Part shown: positions 9,307 to 16,795 of the stretch, one piece after another | Layout: every line of letters starts with the position of its first letter | How positions within the stretch are numbered: the first letter of the stretch is position 1 | Source: an uncultured Acidobacteriota bacterium | Lineage (GTDB): Bacteria > Acidobacteriota > Thermoanaerobaculia > Multivoradales > UBA5704 | Assembly (NCBI GenBank): GCA_963700145.1 | Contig: OY969474.1 | Span: 2,560,001-2,624,000, forward strand | Length of the DNA: 64,000 nt | Reading direction: 5' to 3' | Program-made: the position numbers and the translations under genes | The notes under the pieces: generated by a model | What the model was told of the DNA's origin: nothing | Database searches by the model: none | What the model saw: only the letters and a program-made list of their open reading frames with translations

Positions 9307-9409
9307 CTATCACGAACGCTGCACCTTGTCGAAACACCCTAGCACGATCTGCGCCTTGTCAACCCCCGCCAGCACGAGCCGCGTCTTGTCAACCCCTGTC
9401 AACCCCCCG
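9307..9409 (-). promoter_or_regulatory. Tandem ~30-bp repeats carrying -35 boxes; probable passenger-operon promoter
   Basis: Repeated cttgtc(a/g)a...agcacga units (TTGACA/TCGACA on minus); TCGACA-17-TAGCAT. Confidence 0.55.
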
Positions 9410-9418
9410 CCCAAAGGC

Positions 9419-9447
9419 TTGACTTTGCCTAAGCGCCTACGTATAAT
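9419..9447 (+). promoter_or_regulatory. Near-consensus sigma70 promoter of the transposase
   Basis: TTGACT-17-TATAAT, 7 nt before ATG 9455. Confidence 0.8.
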
Positions 9448-9454
9448 GTCTAGT

Positions 9455-10330
9455 ATGGCTAACGTGCTCAGCACCGAGAAGCGAGTCGAGATCGTCCGCT
9501 GCCTGGTCGAAGGCTTAGGCATCCGCGCCACCGCCCGCAAGGAGCGCGTGTCCAAGGACACCGTCATGAAGCTCTGGCGGGAGATCGGCGAAGCCTGCAT
9601 CCAGCTCATGGATGAGAAGCTGCGCGGGCTCACCTGCAAGCGGCTCCAGGTCGATGAGATTTGGGCGTTCTGCCACGCCAAGGAAAAGAACGTCCCGGCC
9701 GACAAGCGGGGCGTCTTCGGCTACGGCGACATCTGGACCTTTACCGCGATTGACGCGCAGACCAAGTTGATTCCGTCCTTCCTGGTCGGCACGCGGGACG
9801 CGGGGTGCGCCACCGAGTTCATGCAGGACTTGGCGGGCCGGCTGGTCAACCGCGTGCAGCTCACCACGGACGGACACAAGATGTACCTGTCCTCCGTCCC
9901 GGATGCCTTCGGGGGCGGGATCGACTTCGCGCAGCTCCAGAAGATTTACGGCGGCGGGCCGACGGATGAGCAGCACCGCTACAGCCCGGCGAAGTGCCTA
10001 GGGACCGAGCGGCGCCGTATCCTCGGCGACCCCGACCCCAAGCACGTCTCGACGTCCTACGTCGAGCGCGGGAACCTGACCATCCGCATGAGCATCCGCC
10101 GCTTCACCCGGCTAACGAATGCCTTCTCGAAGAAGGTCGAGAATCACGTCGCGGCGCTCGGGCTCTTCTTCGCCTACCACAACTTTTGCCGGATTCATCA
10201 GACCCTGCGAATCACTCCGGCGATGGCGGCCGGGGTCACGACGCGGATATGGGAAGTCGAGGAGCTGGTGGCGCTCCTGCCGCCGGTCGCGCATGCGGGC
10301 GGTCGGCCGCGCCGGGCGGAAACTAACTAG
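9455..10330 (+). CDS. IS1-family DDE transposase (single ORF)
   Basis: N-terminal HTH, QVDEIW, WTFTAID, TTDG, TSYVERGNLTIR, NAFSKK; stop lies inside the right TIR. Confidence 0.9.
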   Translation: MANVLSTEKRVEIVRCLVEGLGIRATARKERVSKDTVMKLWREIGEACIQLMDEKLRGLTCKRLQVDEIWAFCHAKEKNVPADKRGVFGYGDIWTFTAIDAQTKLIPSFLVGTRDAGCATEFMQDLAGRLVNRVQLTTDGHKMYLSSVPDAFGGGIDFAQLQKIYGGGPTDEQHRYSPAKCLGTERRRILGDPDPKHVSTSYVERGNLTIRMSIRRFTRLTNAFSKKVENHVAALGLFFAYHNFCRIHQTLRITPAMAAGVTTRIWEVEELVALLPPVAHAGGRPRRAETN

Positions 10331-10339
10331 GACAGTACC

Positions 10340-10505
10340 CCTGGCCTTGAAGATATATCTCCGAGCCTCCGAGATATATCTCCAGGCGTCCAAGATAGAT
10401 CTCCAGCCCTCGGAGATAGATCTTCCGCGGCTGGAGATCTATCTCCAGGCGCCCGGGAGACATCTCCCGGCGCCGCCGGGACATCTCCAGGCGCTGGGGG
10501 GACAT
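10340..10505. repeat. 21-bp-period degenerate tandem array, right part
   Basis: Same GAGATA(G/T)ATCTCC units as 6320-6537. Confidence 0.8.
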
Positions 10506-10568
10506 CAACCTTCGACTGAAATGCCCAGCCGGTGCGCGGCGGGTGCCAAGCGGGTGAGCGGCGGGGGT

Positions 10569-10640
10569 AGTTGAGCGTCCGGTTCAACTTCCGTGAAATG
10601 AGTGACTTGGCGCTCGCGCCCCGCTGGCGCGCGGCTTGCC
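10569..10640 (+). promoter_or_regulatory. Sigma54-type promoter with upstream palindrome
   Basis: TGGCGCGCGGCTTGC at 10625-10639; AGTTGA-N9-TCAACT at 10569-10589. Confidence 0.62.
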
Positions 10641-10650
10641 TCTGCCCCCT

Positions 10651-10709
10651 GCCGAACCATCCGTCCGATGTGGGCCGTCGCGTCACCGTGCCGCGGCGGC
10701 CCCTTTTTT
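10651..10709 (+). ncRNA. Candidate ~60-nt small RNA
   Basis: Lies between the predicted sigma54 +1 and an intrinsic terminator; no ORF. Confidence 0.5.
10672..10709 (+). terminator. Intrinsic terminator
   Basis: 11-bp stem gggccgtcgcg/cgcggcggccc followed by CTTTTTT. Confidence 0.75.
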
Positions 10710-10731
10710 CTCCCGACTACAATCCGCGGCC

Positions 10732-11151
10732 GTGAAGCCCTGCGTCTTCTGCGAGGTGGTGCGCGGCGAGCGGGAGGCGGCGGTGGTCTAGGACGCGGAG
10801 ACGGTGGCGTTCCTCGACCACAGGCCGCTCCTCCACGGCCACTGCCTGCTGGTGCCGCGGCGGCACGTCGAGACGCTGGCGGAGCTGCCGGCGGAGCTCG
10901 CCGGGCCGCTCTTCGCCAACGTGCAGCGGCTGGCGGGGGCGGTGGAGCGGGGGCTGGACGCCGCCGGCGCCTTCGTCGCGATCAACGTCAAGGTCAGCCA
11001 GAGCGTCCCCCACCTGCACGTCCACGTCGTGCCGCGCTGGAAGGGGGACGGCCTCTTCTCCCACAAGCTCCTCTGGAAGCGCACACCCTACGCCGGCGAC
11101 GCCGAGAAGCGCGAGGTGCAGGAAAAGATCCGCCGGGCCCTCGCCGAGTAG
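10732..11151 (+). pseudogene. HIT family hydrolase with in-frame TAG at codon 20
   Basis: KPCVFC...VV*DAETVAFLD...GHCL...HLHVH; TAG at 10789-10791. Confidence 0.78.
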
Positions 11152-11232
11152 GCCAGCACTCGCAGACTAATCCCCCACCCGCGCTTGATCGGCCGTTCCG
11201 GTGTGGGGTCCCGCAGGTCTCCTCCGCGCCGC

Positions 11233-11269
11233 CCCCCGCCCAGATCCTTCGCTCTCGCTCAGGATGACA
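11233..11269. repeat. REP-like palindromic repeat
   Basis: cccccgcccagatccttcgctctcgctcaggatgaca, near-identical to 63002-63037. Confidence 0.8.
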
Positions 11270-11326
11270 AGGGGGGTAGTTCCCTTCCCTCTTTCTCCCC
11301 CCGACGTCACTTCAGAGGTTCGAGTC

Positions 11327-11508
11327 ATGGCGCCGCGTGATGTGCCGGGCCAGAGGCCTGCGAAAGCGTCGCGTTCGGGTGAAGTCACCACCAGCGTCCG
11401 CGAACGGAGCCGACCTGGTTCTGTGGCCACCACCCCTTCTGGTCAGGAACCGCGGGGCGGCGCGACTCTTTCGCGGGCCGGGTGGCCCGGCATCTCACGC
11501 GGCACTAT
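11327..11508 (+). ncRNA. Candidate structured RNA (or MITE)
   Basis: ~45-bp closing helix with several G-U pairs on the + strand, enclosing two hairpins with CACCACC-containing loops. Confidence 0.5.
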
Positions 11509-11530
11509 CCGTCCCGCGCGGGACAGCAGC

Positions 11531-12664
11531 CTAGGGGACAAGCCCCAGGTCTTCGTAGATCCCTTCCAGCGCCGCGCGCATGCGCCGCTCGTGGGCCTCG
11601 TCGGCGGGCGTGCCGTTGAAGACGAGGGCGACGACGAGCCCGTGCTCGGGGTCGAGGAAGGCGGTGGACGAGCGGCGGCCGCTATGGCCGAAGGTGCGTG
11701 GGGAGGAGTGGCGACCGTAGCCGTAGGGGACGGTCTCCTCGCCGTAGTGCTTCGAGTCCACGATCACCCCCAGCCCCCAGTCCAGCTTGTGGCGGAAGGT
11801 CAGGTCCACCATCCCCACCCGGTGCCGCGCGGCGATCGCCTCGATCGTCTGCGCCGAGAGCACCTGCCGTCCCTCGAGCGTGCCGCCGCCGCGGAACATC
11901 TCGTAGAGCCGCGCCAGCTCCCGCACCGGGCCCCGCCCGTTGCCGCCCGGGTTCGGCCGCACGCAGCGCGCCTCGCTCTCGCTGCCGTCCGGCCGCGGCG
12001 GCGCCGCCTCGGCGTCCCACATCGTCCCCAGCCGCCCCTCCTCCCGCGCCGCGCGCCAGCGCTCCGGCGGCATGCCGATCCAAGAGTCCGCCATCCCGAG
12101 CGGCTCGAACACCTCCTCCCGCACCGCCCGCTCGAAGGGTTGTCCGGTGAGCCGCGCCAGCACCTCGCCGAGCACGAACCAGGACGACGCCGGGTGGTAG
12201 CCGGCCTTCCGCCCCGGCTCCCAGCGCGGCTCGGGCTTGGCGGCGGCGATGCGCCCGACGATCGTCTCCCACGGGTCGCGCGGCCAGCCGACGTCGAGCA
12301 TGCGGATGCCGCCGGTGTGGGTGAGGAGGTGGCGGAGGGTGATCCGCTCCTTGCCCTGCGCCGCGAGCTCCGGCAGGTGCCGCGCCACCGGGTCGTCGAG
12401 GTCGAGGAGCCCGCGCTCCCAGAGCCGCGCCAGCCCGACCGCCACGACCGGCTTGGTCGTCGACTGCCAGAGCGCGAGCGTGTCGCGGCGCAGCGGTACC
12501 CCGGGGCGGTCCTCCCCCACCGCCGCGTCGGCCACCGCCTCGCCGCGCAGCGCGACGTAGAGCTGGGCGCCCAGGTGGAGCCCCTCGGCAATGCCCGCCT
12601 CGATGACTGCCCGCGTCCGCGACAGGCGCGCGAGGTCGCCGTCGATCGGGATCTGCGTCGCCAT
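11531..12664 (-). CDS. Serine hydrolase, beta-lactamase-like family
   Basis: STTK (SxxK), LLTHTGG, YH and FGHSG motifs. Confidence 0.88.
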   Translation of the reverse strand: MATQIPIDGDLARLSRTRAVIEAGIAEGLHLGAQLYVALRGEAVADAAVGEDRPGVPLRRDTLALWQSTTKPVVAVGLARLWERGLLDLDDPVARHLPELAAQGKERITLRHLLTHTGGIRMLDVGWPRDPWETIVGRIAAAKPEPRWEPGRKAGYHPASSWFVLGEVLARLTGQPFERAVREEVFEPLGMADSWIGMPPERWRAAREEGRLGTMWDAEAAPPRPDGSESEARCVRPNPGGNGRGPVRELARLYEMFRGGGTLEGRQVLSAQTIEAIAARHRVGMVDLTFRHKLDWGLGVIVDSKHYGEETVPYGYGRHSSPRTFGHSGRRSSTAFLDPEHGLVVALVFNGTPADEAHERRMRAALEGIYEDLGLVP

Positions 12665-12705
12665 CGCGCCGAAGGGTATCCCACCGTTTGTTACGATCCC
12701 GGGCC

Positions 12706-13464
12706 ATGCTCGAAACGATCGACCACGGCCCGGTGCGCGAGCTGCGCCTCGCCCGCCCTCCCGTCAACGCCCTCGACACCGGCCTGATCGCCGCGCTCCG
12801 CGGCGCCATCGCAGGGGCGCCCGGCGGCGGGGCGCGCGCCCTCGTCCTCTCCGGCCGGCCGGGGATGTTCTCGGCCGGGCTCGACGTGCCCTACCTGTTG
12901 AACCTCGACCGCGCCGCCATCACCGCGGCCTGGGAGGACTTCTACGGCTTGATGGAGGCGCTCGCCACCTCCTCGATCCCGATCGCCGCGGCGATCACCG
13001 GCCACAGCCCGGCCGGGGGCGCGGTGCTGGCGATCTTCTGCGACTACCGGGTGATGGCCGAGGGGGACTTCCGCATCGGGCTCAACGAGGTGGAGGTGGG
13101 GATCCCGATGCCGCCGGTCATCCACGCCGCGGCGGCGCGGCAGGTCGGGCCGCGCCAGGCCGAGCGGCTGCTGGTCGGCGGCTTGATGATCCCGGCGGCC
13201 GAGGCGCTGGCCATCCGGCTGGTCGACGAGCTGGCGCCGCTCGAGCAGGTCGTCGAGCGGGCGCTCGACTTCTGCCGGCGCTTGCTGTCGCTGCCGCCGC
13301 TGGCCATGGGCTTCACCCGCCGCCTCGCCCGCGGCGACCTCGCCTGCCTCTTCGAGAAGAAGCGCCAGCTCGAGCTCGACACCCTGATCGACGCCTGGTT
13401 CAGCGACGAGACGCAGGGCGCGATGCGGGCGCTGCTGGCGCGCCTCGCCGAGAGGCGCGCCTAG
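12706..13464 (+). CDS. Enoyl-CoA hydratase/isomerase family protein
   Basis: PPVNAL, FSAGLD, GHSPAGG, IGLNEV. Confidence 0.9.
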   Translation: MLETIDHGPVRELRLARPPVNALDTGLIAALRGAIAGAPGGGARALVLSGRPGMFSAGLDVPYLLNLDRAAITAAWEDFYGLMEALATSSIPIAAAITGHSPAGGAVLAIFCDYRVMAEGDFRIGLNEVEVGIPMPPVIHAAAARQVGPRQAERLLVGGLMIPAAEALAIRLVDELAPLEQVVERALDFCRRLLSLPPLAMGFTRRLARGDLACLFEKKRQLELDTLIDAWFSDETQGAMRALLARLAERRA

Positions 13465-13478
13465 CCGCTACGCGCCGC

Positions 13479-14123
13479 TCAGAAGTCCGGGTGGGTGTAG
13501 ATGTGCGGGTCCCACGCGTCCTCGCCGTGCCCTTCCAGCTTGACCTTCCAGGTGAACTTGTACACACCGTGGATGAGCGGGGCCGGCAGCCGGGTGCTGA
13601 CGATGCGCTCCCCCTTGGCCTTGAAGCCGGCGGGCGGCGCCCAGTCGACGGGCTTCGGGCCGGCGGCGTCCCGGGTGACGACGAGCTCGCCGTCGATCCA
13701 CTCGAGGGCGATCTCCCCGTCGATGTACGGCTCGCGCGAGTCCCCCTCGTCCGCCTCGCCCTGCGAGTCGGCCCGGACGGGCTCGCTGAGCACATCGACC
13801 ATCTGCTCGACGTTGGCGACGAGGTGCAGACCCTCGACGGAGAACTCCGTTCCGTCCGGGCAGTCGCGGCAGATCCAGGCGATCTCGTCCCCCGGCTTGA
13901 CGACGGCCGTCTCATGGTGCGCCTCGTCCTTGTCGATCTTGATCTTGCCGTCCTTATCCAGCCTGGCGGTGACGCCGATCTCCCTCACGGCGGCGGCGTC
14001 CGCACCGTTCTCCCGGTCGACCTCCTCGGTGCCGGCCTCGTCGGTTCCGACCTCTTCGGTACCGGGGCACGCCACCAGGAGCGGCAACGCCAGGGCCACG
14101 AGCACGCTGCTTGGGAATTTCAT
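13479..14123 (-). CDS. Hypothetical lipoprotein
   Basis: GGAGG RBS; MKFPSSVLVALALPLLVAC lipobox. Confidence 0.7.
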   Translation of the reverse strand: MKFPSSVLVALALPLLVACPGTEEVGTDEAGTEEVDRENGADAAAVREIGVTARLDKDGKIKIDKDEAHHETAVVKPGDEIAWICRDCPDGTEFSVEGLHLVANVEQMVDVLSEPVRADSQGEADEGDSREPYIDGEIALEWIDGELVVTRDAAGPKPVDWAPPAGFKAKGERIVSTRLPAPLIHGVYKFTWKVKLEGHGEDAWDPHIYTHPDF

Positions 14124-14182
14124 CTCTGCCTCCCTTCGATCAACAAAAAATTGGAAGTGCCACGACGACGATACCCACCGGG

Positions 14183-16726
14183 CTAGCCGCCTGCAAACAG
14201 CGCTTCGAACCGGGGCTCGCCCTTCAGGTTCTTGAACTCCACGTCGAACCTCGCTTCCGCCCGCGAGTAGCCTCCTCGCAGCGCCTTCTCGAGCGAGTCC
14301 AGCGTCTTCTCCCGCTCTCCGAGGAGGTTGTACACCCACGCCGCGAAGTAGAGGTAGTGGGCGGTGTTCGGACGCCGGTCGAGAGCTTCTTCGAGAGCCC
14401 GGAGGCTCTCCTCCCGGCGTCCCAGCGCGGCCAGGCTGTAGGCGAGCCAGATCCATGCGCCCGCCCTTTCCGGGTCTTCGACGAGGCGCTCGCGACAGAG
14501 CGCCACCGCGCGCTCGAACGCCGCGTCCGCGTCCTCCCGGCGTCCCGGCGCGAAGAGGTAGGCCCGCGCCAGGTTGCCGAACGCCGTCTCGTTCGCGTCC
14601 GGGAACGCCACGGCACGCTCGAACGACGCGATCGCCTCCGGGAAGCTCCCCAGGTTCATGTAGAGGCTCCCGAGGTTCGAGTACGCCCCCGGGTTGGGGC
14701 GGATGGCGAGGGAGCTCTGGTAGGCCTCGATCGCCTCCTCGTGCCGCCCCCGCCCCACGTAGGCCGTGCCGAGCGTCAGATAGGCCTCGGCGTTGTCGGG
14801 CGCGAGCACGAGAGCCTGCCGGTACTGCTCGATGGCGGCGTCGTACCGCTCGGAGTCGAGGTAGTAGCCGCCCAGGGACCAGTACCCCGCCCAGTAGCGC
14901 GGCTGGAAGTCGATGACCCGCTTCCAGGTGCGCTCCGCCTGCTCGGTGACGCCCTGATCCAGGAAGACCTGCCTCAGCTCGCGGTAGGCGTCGAGCAGGG
15001 TGGGGTCCAGCTCGATCGCCCGGACGTACTCTTCCTGGGCGTCGACGGTGCCTCCGCGCGCCCGGTTCACCCCGGCGAGGCAGAGGTGAGCCGCGGCCAG
15101 CTCGTCGTCGATCTCGGCGGCCTCGCGACAGGCGGCGCCGGCGGCGTTCAGGCTGGCGGGCCGACGCGACCTGAGATAGCGCTGGAGGTGGATCTCCCCT
15201 TCCAGGACCCGGGCCGGCGCAAAGCTCGGGTCCTGCTCGAGGGCGCGCTGCACGAACGCCAGCGCCGCGCCGGGATCCGGCGCCGCTCGCGCGCGGAGGA
15301 AGAGGTCGAAGGCCACGGGCTCCCGGGACGGAGCCGGGCCGGGCCGGTAACGGACGGCAAGCCCGGGCCTGTCGCCGAGGAGCTCCGCCAGGGCCGCGCC
15401 CGCCCGGTCCAAGAGGTCGAAAGGCTCGCGGACACTCCCCTCGACCAGCTCGCTCCCCAGGGTGCGCCGGCGCCGCCGCTCCTGCACCTGGAACCGCAGG
15501 GTCACCGTCTCGTCGACTTTCCGGACGTCGGCTTCGACGACGAGGTCGGGCAGCGGGTCGCTCCCGGGGGGCACGATCCAGACACCGTCGAGGCCGCCCA
15601 GCCGCTCGCCGAGGGCCGCGATCAGCCCGCTGCGGAAGTACTCCGGTGCCACCTTGCCCGGGAAGAGCCGCGCTTCGCTCACGGCGAGATGGGGGAGCGG
15701 CGGCCGCGCCGGCGGGCTTCCCCGGTTGATCGCCCAGAGCGCGACCACGAGGGCCAGGGAGAGCGCGGCCGCGAGGGCCGCGGCCACCGGGCGCCGGCGC
15801 GACGGCCGCGCGGGCAGGGAACGCTGCGAGACCACCCCGCTCGCCAGCTCGGCCTGGAGGCCCGCGAGCTGGTTGCGCAGGTCCATCGCCGACTGCAGCC
15901 GCTGCTCCGGGTCCTTCTCGAGGCAGGAGCGGAGGATCCGGTCCAGGTGCTCCGGCAGGTGCCGCTTGACCCCGAGGAGCGGGGGCGGATCGTCGCGGAG
16001 GATCGCCGAGACGGTGTCGGCCGAGGAGGCCCGCTGGAACGGGTGCTGCCCGGCGACCATCTGGTAGAGCACGAGCCCGAGCGCGAAGATGTCGGAGCGC
16101 TCGTCGGCGATGCCGCTGCGGATCTGCTCGGGCGCCATGTAGGCGGGTGTCCCCACCACCGCTCCGAACGCCGTCTGACCCTCGGTCGGCGCGCTGGTGA
16201 CGGCCGCCGGGTCCGCGGGGACCGCCCTCAGCTTCGCCAGGCCGAAGTCCAGGACCTTGACCCGTCCTTGCGGCGTCACGAGCACGTTCTTGGGCTTGAG
16301 GTCGCGATGGACCAGGCCCTCCTCGTGGGCCGCGGCGAGCGCGTCGACGAGGGGGATGGCGAGGGCGAAGAACTTCGGCAGCTCGAGCCCTTCGGCCGGG
16401 ATGACCTCGCCGAGGCTCTGCCCCGCGACCAGCTCCATCGCCAGGAGGAGCTCGCCTTCGAGCTCTTCGACGGCGTAGAGCGTGACGATGTTGGGGTGGT
16501 TGAGGGCGGCGAGGCTGCGGGCCTCGCGCCGGAAGCGCGCCAGCCGGTCCGCGTGACCGGCCATCTCCGGAGGCAGCGCCTTGAGCGCCAGCTGCCGGCC
16601 GAGCTGGAGGTCCTCGGCCCGGTACACCACCCCCATCCCGCCGCGCCCGATCTCTTCGACGATCCGGTAGTGCCCCAGCGTGCGGCCGACCGGTCCGGAG
16701 TCCTCCCTCCCGGAGCCTGCGATCAC
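14183..16726 (-). CDS. Ser/Thr protein kinase with TM helix and TPR repeats
   Basis: GRGGMG, ALK, HRDLKPKN, DFG, YMAPE; TPR-like C-terminus. Confidence 0.93.
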   Translation of the reverse strand: MIAGSGREDSGPVGRTLGHYRIVEEIGRGGMGVVYRAEDLQLGRQLALKALPPEMAGHADRLARFRREARSLAALNHPNIVTLYAVEELEGELLLAMELVAGQSLGEVIPAEGLELPKFFALAIPLVDALAAAHEEGLVHRDLKPKNVLVTPQGRVKVLDFGLAKLRAVPADPAAVTSAPTEGQTAFGAVVGTPAYMAPEQIRSGIADERSDIFALGLVLYQMVAGQHPFQRASSADTVSAILRDDPPPLLGVKRHLPEHLDRILRSCLEKDPEQRLQSAMDLRNQLAGLQAELASGVVSQRSLPARPSRRRPVAAALAAALSLALVVALWAINRGSPPARPPLPHLAVSEARLFPGKVAPEYFRSGLIAALGERLGGLDGVWIVPPGSDPLPDLVVEADVRKVDETVTLRFQVQERRRRRTLGSELVEGSVREPFDLLDRAGAALAELLGDRPGLAVRYRPGPAPSREPVAFDLFLRARAAPDPGAALAFVQRALEQDPSFAPARVLEGEIHLQRYLRSRRPASLNAAGAACREAAEIDDELAAAHLCLAGVNRARGGTVDAQEEYVRAIELDPTLLDAYRELRQVFLDQGVTEQAERTWKRVIDFQPRYWAGYWSLGGYYLDSERYDAAIEQYRQALVLAPDNAEAYLTLGTAYVGRGRHEEAIEAYQSSLAIRPNPGAYSNLGSLYMNLGSFPEAIASFERAVAFPDANETAFGNLARAYLFAPGRREDADAAFERAVALCRERLVEDPERAGAWIWLAYSLAALGRREESLRALEEALDRRPNTAHYLYFAAWVYNLLGEREKTLDSLEKALRGGYSRAEARFDVEFKNLKGEPRFEALFAGG

Positions 16727-16795
16727 GCGGTCCTCTCCGCAGCGATGTGCTGCCGGTCTGTTCTTAGAGGATGATTTTACACGACCGCTTTTGCG

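Larger units (their letters stand above)
6538..10339 (+). mobile_element. IS1-family transposon with passenger genes (3802 bp)
   Basis: TIRs ggtactgtccta(t/g)ttagtttcc(c)gcccg at 6538-6565 and 10313-10339; 8-bp TSD cctggcct at 6530-6537 and 10340-10347; transposase at the right end. Confidence 0.92.

Noticed and set aside
6320-10505. CRISPR array
   Set aside because: Contiguous degenerate 21-mers, no unique spacers and no cas genes; the same applies to 33340-33762.
10789-10791. Pyrrolysine or stop-codon reassignment
   Set aside because: TAG ends many genes here and no pyl genes are seen.
11327-11530. SRP RNA or retron ncRNA
   Set aside because: The SRP helix-8 motif is not matched and no reverse transcriptase is in the window; kept only as an unknown RNA candidate.
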